From Octopus bimaculoides (Eukaryota), in assembly GCF_001194135.2 (NCBI RefSeq), contig NC_068990.1, forward strand, positions 80,802,257 through 80,866,149: 63,893 nt of DNA. Direction: 5' to 3'. This document shows positions 11,857 through 23,895 of this stretch, piece after piece. Within the stretch, counting starts at the first letter, position 1. The number at the start of each line of letters is the position of its first letter. Made by a program: the position numbers and the translations under genes. Below the pieces are notes generated by a model. It saw only the letters and a list, made by a program, of their open reading frames with translations, was not told the origin of the DNA and ran no database searches.

Positions 11857-12356
11857 NNNNNNNNNNNNNNNNNNNNNNNNNNNNNNNNNNNNNNNNNNNN
11901 NNNNNNNNNNNNNNNNNNNNNNNNNNNNNNNNNNNNNNNNNNNNNNNNNNNNNNNNNNNNNNNNNNNNNNNNNNNNNNNNNNNNNNNNNNNNNNNNNNNN
12001 NNNNNNNNNNNNNNNNNNNNNNNNNNNNNNNNNNNNNNNNNNNNNNNNNNNNNNNNNNNNNNNNNNNNNNNNNNNNNNNNNNNNNNNNNNNNNNNNNNNN
12101 NNNNNNNNNNNNNNNNNNNNNNNNNNNNNNNNNNNNNNNNNNNNNNNNNNNNNNNNNNNNNNNNNNNNNNNNNNNNNNNNNNNNNNNNNNNNNNNNNNNN
12201 NNNNNNNNNNNNNNNNNNNNNNNNNNNNNNNNNNNNNNNNNNNNNNNNNNNNNNNNNTATATATATATATATATATATATATATGTTCATATCTACGCAT
12301 GTTATATCAAATGCTTATATGTTTCTACATAGAGATATATATGCAGTCCAACGATA

Positions 12357-12466
12357 CGGCTTGCAAAGAATAAGTCCTGGCGTCGATTTGCTCGACTAAA
12401 GGCAGTGCTCCAGCATGGCTGCAGTCAAAATGACTGAAACAAATGAAAGAATAAAAGAATAAAAGA
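12357..12466 (+). mobile_element. SINE family B, 3' end only
   Basis: CAAAGAATAAGTCCTGGCGTCGATTTGCTCGACTAAAGGCAGTGCTCCAGCATGGCTGCAGTCAAAATGACTGAAAC followed by an (AAAAGAAT)n tail; matches the 3' ends of the fuller family B copies. Confidence 0.85.
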
Positions 12467-13402
12467 GTATATATCCGTGATGCGTATAAATGCAAACTTA
12501 TTGTCATTTCGTTGATGCTTGAGGGAAATTCGAACTCGTAATAAAGCCATTCACTTTGTCTTGTCATTCTAGAAAAGTCTCGCTGTAGACAAATAGATGT
12601 AAATATAACAAATCAACTGATAGCGCTACATAACCAGACAGTGGGATGCATTGATTTCGGAGTGGTTATCTCCTCTTCAGCCACAACTATAAAGGGAAGC
12701 TGCACTGTGTGTTGACATAAGAGAGAATGTCTTTCTTATATATTCCTGTCATCGCTTAATGACTGGTTGCGCTATTCGGCGGTTCATCGTAAATAAAATA
12801 GAGCTAAAATAGTTGATAGCGCTAACCAATTACGTGTATGCAATGTAAAAGGATCAGTCGAGTGATTGTGGTAAGACTCGGTTCATTCATCTCGGTATTA
12901 TTTCCTATAGAAACACGGTTTCTATAGGGAACATAGTTGACTCGAAAATATATCAATAAATCATTTAATGAATCAAATTAGTTTGTCTCATATAGAGATT
13001 AGGCAGGACATTTCGATGAGATGACAGATATTATACAACTCCATTTCAAACGCCACAAATGTTGGTTATAATGTAATAATCAAATCTGTAAATAAATGGA
13101 GTGGAAGATGTCATTGAGTACTACAATTGTTTCAAAAGAACATCGGATGTCTATTACGAAACATTATGAATGTCCTTTAATTGTTCGGTGTGTGTTCTCG
13201 TCAGGAACATGCGGACTTTTTTCTTTAAAATATTCCCTCGCAGTAGAATATTCTCACACAGGTCTACAGAATAAAGAAAAGACAACAATAAAAAATGGGA
13301 GTGGATATTACATTTGATAAAGAACCGACTAGATTAGCGAGATAAAGGAATGTGTGGTTTTATATTGTTATCAGCACACTCACATTTTAGTAGCTTCTTG
13401 AG

Positions 13403-13695
13403 CAGTGCTTCTCAAATTATCTGAAGTGGCAGTTTGTTTTTTAATATGCCAGGGACCGGTAATATTTCTTAGAAATATTGATGCATACCGGAAACAATAT
13501 ATATAATGAATATAATAAAAATTGACAATTTTTTTCTATCTTATATTTAGTTTGTAAACAAATAATACAATATTACATAAGCATTTTATGAGCATTTAAT
13601 AATGCTTCTTTCTTTTCTGGAAACACGCCGCGTCCTGGCAGCTGATGACTCGCGGACTGGCACCGGTCTGCGGACCATCACTTTGAGTAGCACTG
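13403..13695. mobile_element. hAT (Charlie-like) MITE, 293 bp
   Basis: TIRs CAGTGCTTCTCAAA and TTTGAGTAGCACTG (13/14 match). The flanking 8-mers TTCTTGAG (13395-13402) and GTCTAGAG (13696-13703) match at 6/8 and fit the NTCTAGAN target preference of Charlie elements. Confidence 0.85.
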
Positions 13696-14382
13696 GTCTA
13701 GAGTAGATGATACTCTCATTAATATCTATGTCTGGTTAATGCTTGAAGGCCAGTGCTTCGACGGTTGGAATGTTTGTTAATGAGTGATAAAATGTATAAT
13801 ATAATCTCTTAAAGAGATAACACGGGTGGGGAAATTAAAAGGTAACAGAAAAAGTAAGTACCTTCTATAAAGTAAATATATAAAGAAAAACAACTCACCC
13901 GCGGACCCGATAGGCTCACCGATAGAGACCTCAAAGAGGGCCGTCATCATTCACACTCATGCTATTTTCTGTAGGAAATCATTTGAGGCTGGCTATATTC
14001 CTCATAATTTTCAATCCTAGTTCTTTGTCCCAGTTTTCTGAAAGAGAAAGAAATCGTTTTATAAAAGTTATTTCATTTTGTTCGACTATAAGAATACATT
14101 TCTATTCGTTTTTGTCATATTGATTTTTAGTTCTCTTCTAAATGGATTCGTACCTTTTCGGAATTCCATGTTAATTATGAGATGAAATAGGTTTTCCTGA
14201 AAACGATAGGCAGACATATTGGATGGCTGGATGATTGGCATTTGACTCATTTGAAAATGAATTCCTTGAAAATATTATTGTCATTGTCATCGTATTCATA
14301 TTGTTACGATTTTCAACTTGACTCTTTTGAAAATTCCATGACTTTATATCAGTTTCGAAATGGGAAGGTTGTAAAATATCTT

Positions 14383-14766
14383 TTATCTTTTACTTGTTTC
14401 TGTCATTGGACTGCGGCCATGATGGGACACCACCTTGAAGGGTTTAGCTGAGCCAGGTGCTCCCAGATCTTTATTTTTAGCATGGTGCTTATTCTATCGG
14501 TCTATTTGTCAAACCGCTAAATGACGGGCACATAAACACACCAAAATCGGCTGTCAAACGGTGATGGGGGACAAACGCATATACAAAGATACTCCCATAT
14601 ACATACATACATGCATACATACATATATATACACGACTGACTTCTTTCAGTTTCCGTTTACCAGATCCACTTATAAGGCTTTAGCCTACCCAAAGCTATA
14701 TTAGAAAACACTGGCCCATGGTGCCACGTAGTGCTACTGAACCCGGAACCATGTGGTTGGCAAGCG
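14383..14766 (-). mobile_element. SINE family B, near full length, with central (CATA)n tract
   Basis: Minus-strand head ..CCAACCACATGGTTCCGGGTTCAGTAGCACTACGTGGCACCATGGGCCAGTG (B-box-like GGTTCAG), a central microsatellite, and the 3' CAGTCCAATGACAGAAACAAGTAAAAG end. Confidence 0.85.
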
Positions 14767-14928
14767 TACACGAGTGTCATAAAAACCCAGCCCAGAGCTA
14801 AACTATGAAAAGGCTACCAATGTTTAATACCCTATACACATCTATCCATCGAGTACACTAATAGAATTTTGTATCAAATAATGCTTGAACTACGGAAAAT
14901 ATATATTTCATATATTTTACAACACTTA

Positions 14929-15142
14929 AGGTAGCGCGCTGGCAGAATCATTAGCACGTCGGGCAAAATGCTTAGCTGGATTTCGTCCGTCTGTAGGTTC
15001 TGAGTTCAAATTCTGCAGAGGTCAAATTTGCCTTTCACCTTTTCGGGGTCGATAAAATGAGTAACAGTTGAGCACTGGAGTGGACATAATCGATTTATTC
15101 CCTCTCCCAAAATTGCTGTCCTGGTGCCAAAATTTAAAACCG
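14929..15142 (+). mobile_element. SINE family A (tail type 2)
   Basis: A-box-like TGGCAGAATCATT, B-box-like GAGTTCAAATTC, core GCCTTTCACCTTTTCGGGGTCGATAAAATGAGTA, tail CCCAAAATTGCTGTCCTGGTGCCAAAATTTAAAACC. Confidence 0.9.
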
Positions 15143-15300
15143 ATACATTTTATAATCTCTACACTGTGGCATTGTATATACGAGTATATGTATACCTCTG
15201 TGAGTGCATATACGAGCACGTTATGAGTAAACATATATATATATAAATATAGTTTTATGTTTGGATATCTACATATCTGTGTATATGCACATATACTTAT

Positions 15301-15331
<31 letters not shown>

Positions 15332-16759
15332 CACACAGATATATGTATATGTAGCTATGCATATACCCACGCCCCCGTATCTCTCAATTATTACATTCTA
15401 CAATAACAATTCACTTCGATATTTCATTTTTCCTATAGATTCTACGATAATATATACGTTAATATTTATCAGTGTGTGTTCTGATGTCGCTAGTAGTCTT
15501 TCGACGACACTGTAAGTTTGTTTATCCTGAAATAACACTAATAGTACACACTCAGATCGTTTGTTAGATATTGTTTTCCACTGAAAGAAATATTATGAAC
15601 TCACATAAACATGGATCAATATTTGTAAGAGAAAAACGTATTTGATATTGTTGCTCTTCTAATTATTGTGTTTGTGTTAAATTCATTGAGCAGAAAAATG
15701 GAATGCTATAATTTTTTTTATTTTTTATCATTTGTCAGTAAATTCCTTGTTTTTAGCTTATTCTTTGAAATTCTGCATCGGTAAAGGTAGCTGGTTCCGA
15801 AATACTGGCCAGGTGAAACTTGTGGTTGTGTGATTAATCATTAATATGAAAACCAGTTTTAACTTACCAGCTTTTCTATGCATTGTTCAGTACATATTGG
15901 TAAAAATCTACAATCAGGAATCGATATCGTGTCGCAAAAGTTTCTGTTTGCAAAATAATAATTTATGGGTGCTGGCTAGACTCGTAGTGCCCTAACTCCA
16001 ACTGTAACACCCTCGATGCAATTGTCTCTCCATATATTCAACCCTCTTAACTCGCCCAGTCCTTTCAATTCAGAAAATAGGCTTTCTGGAATGTTCTCCC
16101 AGCTCACGTCTTTTTCCTGCAGTTATCGTCTAGTAACAGTTTAAACGTTGGCGTAGAAATATCAAAGTCTACGCGACTTAACGTTTCACTTGAAACTATT
16201 CTATATCTAACCTTACATTCAAAAACAAAACAGCATTTCACTTCCATATGTATGGACTTTATCAACTGCAGATCAACATTATCAAGTATACAAATTAATT
16301 ATGCAAATCATGTAATGAAACGTTCGAACAAATATGTCATTTGCATATTATCATATCATATTTTATGTACCGCTTGCGATAAATGAACATATGTGTCTTA
16401 AAGCTTGTGTCTGACTTGCATGGTGATGTCTAACAATGTTGAAAACTGTTTCCAAACACAACGATAGGCTAAAAGATCTTATGCTATTATCCCTTATACG
16501 TTTTGAAATTGGGCATCTATATTTTATTTATTTCATACAAGTAGCAACAGTAAGCATTTTAATAGAATGAGAATCAAAGTAAGCTATACTTGATGAAATG
16601 CTTTCATTCTATCAATTTTATGTCGAAACCGACTCAGAACTAGTTTAATGGGCTTATAGTACCACCATCAGGGACGAGTGCCACTTCATTAAAAACCAGA
16701 CATCCTACAGGGTCAATTAATTCAATTGTTTGCACATATTTTCTTGCATATATATATTA

Positions 16760-18224
16760 CTAGCAGAAATACCCGGCGTTGCCCGGGTTAAAGAGAATAA
16801 TGAAATCTAAAAACACCGTCTAGACTACGCATCATCTTTATATATAGAGATGTATATACACACACGCATCCAAACACACTTATATATATGTATATCAATA
16901 TAAATATATGAAAGTCAATGAAGTTTCGTAAAAGAACGTGATCATGTACATACTTTCTTGCTGTTGTGATTATAACACCTCATTGTAAACTATGTTCCTT
17001 GTTTTCCCTTGTGGTGCATATACAAATAGGTTTTTTGTTGCTGCCCACTCTTGAGCAGCCAACATACAGTTGTCCATGTGAGAAGCAGGGCTCTTCCAAG
17101 AGAAGACCAGCTACNNNNNNNNNNNNNNNNNNNNNNNNNNNNNNNNNNNNNNNNNNNNNNNNNNNNNNNNNNNNNNNNNNNNNNNNNNNNNNNNNNNNNN
17201 NNNNNNNNNNNNNNNNNNNNNNNNNNNNNNNNNNNNNNNNNNNNNNNNNNNNNNNNNNNNNNNNNNNNNNNNNNNNNNNNNNNNNNNNNNNNNNNNNNNN
17301 NNNNNNNNNNNNNNNNNNNNNNNNNNNNNNNNNNNNNNNNNNNNNNNNNNNNNNNNNNNNNNNNNNNNNNNNNNNNNNNNNNNNNNNNNNNNNNNNNNNN
17401 NNNNNNNNNNNNNNNNNNNNNNNNNNNNNNNNNNNNNNNNNNNNNNNNNNNNNNNNNNNNNNNNNNNNNNNNNNNNNNNNNNNNNNNNNNNNNNNNNNNN
17501 NNNNNNNNNNNNNNNNNNNNNNNNNNNNNNNNNNNNNNNNNNNNNNNNNNNNNNNNNNNNNNNNNNNNNNNNNNNNNNNNNNNNNNNNNNNNNNNNNNNN
17601 NNNNNNNNNNNNNNNNNNNNNNNNNNNNNNNNNNNNNNNNNNNNNNNNNNNNNNNNNNNNNNNNNNNNNNNNNNNNNNNNNNNNNNNNNNNNNNNNNNNN
17701 NNNNNNNNNNNNNNNNNNNNNNNNNNNNNNNNNNNNNNNNNNNNNNNNNNNNNNNNNNNNNNNNNNNNNNNNNNNNNNNNNNNNNNNNNNNNNNNNNNNN
17801 NNNNNNNNNNNNNNNNNNNNNNNNNNNNNNNNNNNNNNNNNNNNNNNNNNNNNNNNNNNNNNNNNNNNNNNNNNNNNNNNNNNNNNNNNNNNNNNNNNNN
17901 NNNNNNNNNNNNNNNNNNNNNNNNNNNNNNNNNNNNNNNNNNNNCTCTCTCTGTGAAAGTATCTGTCACTACAGTATCGAAATGTGATTGTTTCAGTTAG
18001 TGGAATAGTTTCATTTTTAAAGTGAAAGTATTTGACATGAGTGTTTTTGTTTCACTTTTGACACGTAATACTTAAATAGTGGAGGAGATATTATGTTGCC
18101 GTGTGCTCGAACTCTGCAAGAAGTTAATAATTTTTTTGACTAAAACACAACTGGAACCCTAAGTAAGGCATGTGTAAAATTTAAATGAAATTGGTTGCGT
18201 AGTTCTCGAGTTTTAGTGATTCAC

Positions 18225-18267
<43 letters not shown>

Positions 18268-18293
18268 CACATTCTCATTTTTATATATATAGA
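16760..18293 (-). mobile_element. Helitron with both termini (spans an 830-N gap)
   Basis: Minus-strand 5' end TCTATATATATAAAAATG..(GTCT)n at 18293. The 3' end has hairpin ACCCGG-GCAACG-CCGGGT, then 7 nt, then CTAG at 16763-16760. Flanked by A (5') and T (3') with no TSD, the canonical Helitron rule. A RepHel helicase motif lies inside. Confidence 0.9.
16970..17114 (-). pseudogene. Helitron RepHel PIF1-like helicase C-terminus (frameshifted)
   Basis: VAGLLLEEPCFSHGQLYVGCSRVGS is the FSHGQLYV..SRV helicase motif VI. It continues in another frame as KTRNIVYNEVL*, the typical RepHel C-terminal tail. Confidence 0.9.
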
Positions 18294-18800
18294 TTAGCTT
18301 CACTTCAAATCCCTGGATCTCGTGAGGGTACCCATTCTTTCGGAAAAGGAAATAGAAATTCCAAATCTCAGTCCAAATACGTCTGAAAATAATCAGACAA
18401 CATGCTTTCCAATAACATGGAAAATCATTGATGGCGCAAAAACGCATCAAATTTTGAACAACACAATCACCTGTAAAATATCGTCAGTAATAAAAGGACT
18501 CCGCATCGCTGAGGAATTACTTTTAGACACAATCCATGTTCTGGTTGCATTTATAATACACGGTATTTGGAGAATAGAGTATTTGTAGTCTTTAACCTAT
18601 CGGATCATGGGAGTCGCCTTAAATATGTCCGCTCTATCTCAAAATAGTCTCTGAAGAATTATAAACACATATTTCACGTATATGACTATGAAACTGAGTT
18701 ACAATGGAGTTAAATTCACTAACTGTTTACTGATAATTATGTAAACTCTGTTTAATGTATCAAGCGCTCAGTTCTTCCAGTAATACAAACACACACACAA

Positions 18801-18805
<5 letters not shown>

Positions 18806-18853
<48 letters not shown>

Positions 18854-18863
18854 NNNNNNNNNN

Positions 18864-18909
<46 letters not shown>

Positions 18910-19203
18910 TGAGAGAGAGAAAGAGAGAAATAACATACATACACACACACAAACACAAACACACACAGAAAAAACATACATACACACACAAAAAAGCACA
19001 CATACACACACAAAAAACACACAGGCACTCACTCACAGAAAAAACACAAATACACACGCACTCACACGCAGACACAGACACAAACATACACACATACACA
19101 CACATGCACACACAGGCACTTGCACACAGACACACACACACATGCACACAGACACACACACATCCACACATTCACATACATACACAATTACTCACACACT
19201 CAC

Positions 19204-19232
<29 letters not shown>
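18806..19232. repeat. (AG)n followed by a degenerate (CA)n-rich compound microsatellite
   Basis: Direct reading; includes a short N gap. Confidence 0.95.
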
Positions 19233-19235
<3 letters not shown>

Positions 19236-19629
19236 CTTTACACATATGCTCGTGCACCAGTACATAGGCAGATAGATATTCACAACACGTCAGTGAAATA
19301 TTATTAGTAGTGAATTTTATTATTTTGCTACACATGGAAGCTAAATAAAGTCATAATTATTACTGTAGGTCGGCTTAGTTTTGATTAAAGCAATACTTCA
19401 GTGTAAATAATTTTTTTTTTCAAAACAAATTCACTGATAAAAATGTAAACAAGAAAATTAATATTGCTTGTTTAATGTTTTATCGTTTCTTTCTTTCTTT
19501 CTTTCTTTTCTTTTCTTTTCTTTTTTTTTTCATTAATGGAAACTCTGTAATGAAACATCAAATGAATTTGTTATTGAAATAAAACTAGTGAGAATAAAAC
19601 ACTACCAACAACGATGAAGACGACGACGG

Positions 19630-19694
19630 CGGTGATGATGATGATGATGATGATGACAACAACAAAAACAACAATGTCAATAATAATGATGATG

Positions 19695-19752
<58 letters not shown>

Positions 19753-19791
19753 TGATGATAATAATAATAATAATGATAATAATGATGATAC

Positions 19792-19842
<51 letters not shown>
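19630..19842. repeat. Compound (GAT)n/(AAC)n/(AAT)n microsatellite
   Basis: Direct reading of the sequence. Confidence 0.95.
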
Positions 19843-19843
<1 letters not shown>

Positions 19844-19989
19844 CTGGTCATTGCGCGTACTAGAAAAGGGCTTACCAAAATGGATGAATTATTTTTGTAC
19901 ACAAAAGAAATACAAACGAAATAAACTCCCTGAACAGGGTCAGTAAGCTTTTCCTTAGTTAGCATCAGGACATTCCTCCATTCATTTTA

Positions 19990-21450
19990 CCCTTTGCCCC
20001 AGTCACGTCTAACTCCATTCTTTCGAAATCTATTATGAGCGTATTTGACATTTTCTTATTTCGACCGTAGAGTCAACCATATTCTGTGAGGAAAGTTTTA
20101 TTCGATTGGTATTGAATTAAGATTTTCTGTTTACCATGTGGTCATCTAGTTTCACCGTTCGTCGTCAGTAAATACAATACTTTCGTTAGAGTTTCACTAC
20201 GTATTCGGATAATTGTAAACTTGAGGGAGTCTAGCCAGGTAGACGCAAACTTGGCGAAGGAATCTCAACCCTTAACTTACTTTATCTCTACCTTGATCCA
20301 TTTGTATTCTTTTTTTGTTTCCTTCGCTAATTTTTCCACAGCACTAAACTTACTAAAACCATAAAGTCAATCACATCGGTTGTATGTGTTAGAGAGTTAG
20401 GACGCTTAGTTTCCGGTGCCCTACATGTGTTATTCATGATGCTGGTGATATTGAGGATATTGATAAGGGCATACTATGGAACCGATTACACATTGCCGCT
20501 TCCTTCTTTTATTGTTTATGCTCATAAATTCCATAATGTTCCGTGTGAAGCTCTTGGGTTACTCTAAGCAACTGAGGGCGTAGATCTTTTAGATGTATAA
20601 CATAAAACATTGTAATATCTGTCGGAAAATTGTAATATTTTTCTCCTCTTGTCAAATTAAAATCGTCTTTTTATTTTGATCCATACTACCTTTAAAAAGG
20701 CCGATGTATTTGATATCAGTGGCTTATTAAATTTTTTAGACAGGTTGCGAATATCCGAGAATTACGTTTCACGCTTGGAAGGGACTGGTACCTCCTTACA
20801 AGAGATGTGATTTTCTCCTTGCGAGATGAGTTCTTCCATGGCAGTTAAGATTTTCGCTTCACATGTATTATTGCTTTCAAATTGGAGCATTTCTCTGATT
20901 TTTTAAAAATATGTCTATCACTTTCAGCTCCTGTTTGGTCAAAAGTCTAACAAATGGATAGAGCGGTACTAGTATTGGGTGGGGTCTCATATAAAGCTTT
21001 ATCATTGAGATTGTTACTGTGGCTGACTCTCATTGCCTTCGTTATAACTGTTAGAGGGTGTTCTTGGCTTCTTGATTCACTCCTAGCAATGAAGACTGTG
21101 CCTCATTGTGTATTAGGCCCGTCAACCTGCATTACTAGGTCTTTTGTCCTTCGTTTCTTTTGTTATTCCAGGCGTTATGCGCAGGTGTCTATTTTGGAGG
21201 TTTTGCCTAACAGGTCATATTTGCTTTCTCGATTTGTGATTAAGTGGGAGTCATAGGGATGTGTGTACCAATGATGAACCCAATTTTCCCCTTATCACCG
21301 GCTCTGCCATTTATTGAAATATCTACCATAGCTCTCTCTCTGAGTCTTCCTTGGATGGAACAAGGAATCTTAGCAATAGAATGGTTACACTTCTCAAACT
21401 GCGTGCTTTTGAAATCGACATTGAAAGACCGATGCCAAGCTTAAGTTGTT
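19990..21450 (-). mobile_element. Decayed retroelement-like stretch, possibly the 5' part of a Penelope-like ORF
   Basis: Non-repetitive, moderately GC-rich, with many broken frames. Minus-strand pieces near 20100-20290 (S*GLRF; KLDDHMVNRKS*FNT) recall the SKGLKF / DD..VRNKS.F pattern of PLE N-termini. Weak. Confidence 0.3.
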
Positions 21451-21772
21451 TCAACATTTCAACATTTCCAATTCCAGTCGTTTATCTCCAAAAGAATACT
21501 TGTAAAATGTAATGTCTTCCTAATGACTCCATAATTGACGTTTGTCTTCGTACGTGCATCTGTATCGCTGTGTTTGCAATGTTCACAAGGCTTCTAATTG
21601 AAATATTCAAAGGAGATGGAAAAATATTAGATAGTGTTTTTTTATGTTTTGTTCATGGTCATTATTATTATTTAGCAGTGCGAATAAAATACATTTGCAA
21701 TTAAAATACAATTGTATTTTTTTTTCTTTTTGCTTTCATTGATCTCTGCTTCTCTTTCATTGATCTCTGCTT

Positions 21773-21774
<2 letters not shown>

Positions 21775-21833
<59 letters not shown>
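21775..21833. repeat. (AAT)n microsatellite
   Basis: Direct reading of the sequence. Confidence 0.95.
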
Positions 21834-21835
<2 letters not shown>

Positions 21836-22412
21836 CCAAAATTTACGAAATCTGTATGACATAAACAAAATAGTACTACTAAGCACCAAATACAGCCTAT
21901 GTAAAGCACTTTCAATAAAACAACACTGAAACAAACCACTGTACGTACTCAAAGCACACAGAGCTGCGCCCAGTACTGCAGTGAAAGCATGTGATAGAAA
22001 TGACTATTGATAATAATGTAAAATCAGCAGGAAAGGAAAGAAAAGTATCAATCACCTTCTGAACGAGTGCAGTATACTAGCACAAAAGGAGTATAATCGC
22101 AGGCATGATTATGAAAGCAAAAGCGTGCGTTGGTATGTTAGCCGAGTGTATGACTTCAAAACAGAAGAAAAGTAATATGAACACGAATCAGACGTCGTAC
22201 AGAAAATGAGAATTACAGAATCATGTGAGACTTCCCCCATAAGACTGGTCATACTATTGAAGCAATTAGATCGAATATGATCATAGATGACAAATAAACA
22301 AACAATGTAACATCATGGTTTATGCAATTCCCTATGATAGCAGAGTCGATACCAAAGAAATTGAAAAAATTCAGAAATATCGGTATGTAACCAGAGAGCT
22401 GATGTGACTGTG
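21834..22412 (+). mobile_element. Two stacked RLE-type (R4/Dong-like) LINE 3' fragments
   Basis: 21834-22000 reads NLYDI.KIVLLST.YSLCKALSIK (ORF end) plus a short 3' UTR. 22010-22412 reads ECSILAQKEYNRRHD...YEHESD...ENENYRIM*DF...AIPYDSRVDTKEIEKIQKY, the CCHC-adjacent region and restriction-like endonuclease of R4-clade elements. Decayed. Confidence 0.75.
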
Positions 22413-22503
22413 GATAAAATAAGTACCAGTTGAACACTGGGTCGACGTAATCGACTCACCCTCTCCCACAAAAGTGTTGCCCTTGTGGCAAAATTCGAAG
22501 CCA
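22413..22503 (+). mobile_element. SINE family A, 3' half (tail type 2)
   Basis: ATAAAATAAGTACCAGTTGAACACTGGGTCGACGTAATCGACTCACCCTCTCCCACAAAAGTGTTGCCCTTGTGGCAAAATTCGAAGCC. Confidence 0.8.
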
Positions 22504-22714
22504 TTACTATTGTTGTTATTTACAATCGCTTTGTTTTGTATACTTCCATATTTATTATAAGGGTGAGAATCTTCAATTGAACCAAGGTGTGTATATATAT
22601 ATATATATATATATATNNNNNNNNNNNNNNNNNNNNNNNNNNNNNNNNNNNNNNNNNNNNNNNNNNNNNNNNNNNNNNNNNNNNNNNNNNNNNNNNNNNN
22701 NNNNNNNNNNNNNN

Positions 22715-22801
<87 letters not shown>

Positions 22802-23338
22802 GAAAGTAAGGAATGAAGAAAAAACAATAAGAGGAGAAAATATGGAATAGAAAAGATTATTTTCCTACAGAGTAGTAACAAGCGATAAGTGAAAATTAAA
22901 TTATGCATTGGAGAGAGAAATGTCATTCGCACAGATGTAAACAGTGAATATTGAATAAATGTGTGGGAGCGTGTGCGTGTTGTGTGTAGGTGCGAGTGCA
23001 CACGTAACAAATTGAAATTTCTACAGTTAACTTATGTAAATATATATAGAGAAGTGTCTGTATTCCTGTATGTGTGGATGTGCGTATATATATACATATA
23101 TATACACACATTCACACAAACATACGCACACTTTCACACTTAAACACATACACACACATACACACACATATATATATTTATAAATGTGTTCTTACGTGAA
23201 GTTATGTATAAAAACAATTTAACAATAAAGTGAAGGTTTACTTAGTACTGTGTGGCGGAGTGTATTTGTATTGATTTGTGCATGGAAAATGTTGACAGTG
23301 AATTCGAAGCTATGTATTTTGATATGAAAAGTCACTCA

Positions 23339-23341
<3 letters not shown>

Positions 23342-23428
<87 letters not shown>
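23342..23428. repeat. Long perfect (AT)n microsatellite
   Basis: Direct reading; about 43 units. Confidence 0.95.
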
Positions 23429-23435
<7 letters not shown>

Positions 23436-23846
23436 ATTGGCTTGCCTTTGTGCATGATTCGTTAAATGTACATAATTTATGTAGTGTATAAGCTTGAATG
23501 AATCACGTGTACAAATATTTGCATATTGAGTTTTTATGTTAAATTCATGCCGGGAGTGAGTATAAAATATATTTATAATGGAATCGCATTTAATACTTGT
23601 ATAATGTAATTGTATATGTTCCAATAAGTGCATGCGCGCGCGCACATAGACACACACACAGAGGAAATGATACACACACGAACATACACAGCACACACAT
23701 ACAGAGATATAAAAAGTATGTCTCTCACTGATCACATCCATGAATGTCCATACATCATTCCCTCATAGTTACTGGCATACACAAATATATAGATATAGTG
23801 TTTGTATATGTATATATTTATATACTCAAATCTGGCTGTTTGTGTG

Positions 23847-23895
<49 letters not shown>

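Noticed and set aside
12904-12928. Perfect 11-bp stem with a 3-nt loop (CCTATAGAAAC-ACG-GTTTCTATAGG)
   Set aside because: Short, AT-rich and isolated. A bacterial-style terminator reading does not apply to this eukaryotic DNA.
13899-13968. Minus-strand segment with good acceptor and GG|GTGAGT donor
   Set aside because: Stops in all three frames. It could be a non-coding exon, but it also shows how often strong splice pairs arise by chance here.
15976-16120. Minus-strand peptide WENIPESLFSELKGLGELRGLNIW resembling a leucine-rich repeat
   Set aside because: The frame closes with TAG after about 48 codons, the acceptor lacks a pyrimidine tract, and there is no in-phase strong donor. Kept only as a chance LRR-like pattern.
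16123-16386. About 87-codon open plus frame after a strong TTTTTCCTGCAG acceptor
   Set aside because: No recognisable domain, only a moderate donor (T|GTATGG), and its phase does not connect to neighbouring candidates. Not supportable as a feature.
19585-19965. Poly-Leu and poly-Ile ORFs resembling membrane segments
   Set aside because: Translation of (AAT)n/(GAT)n tracts.
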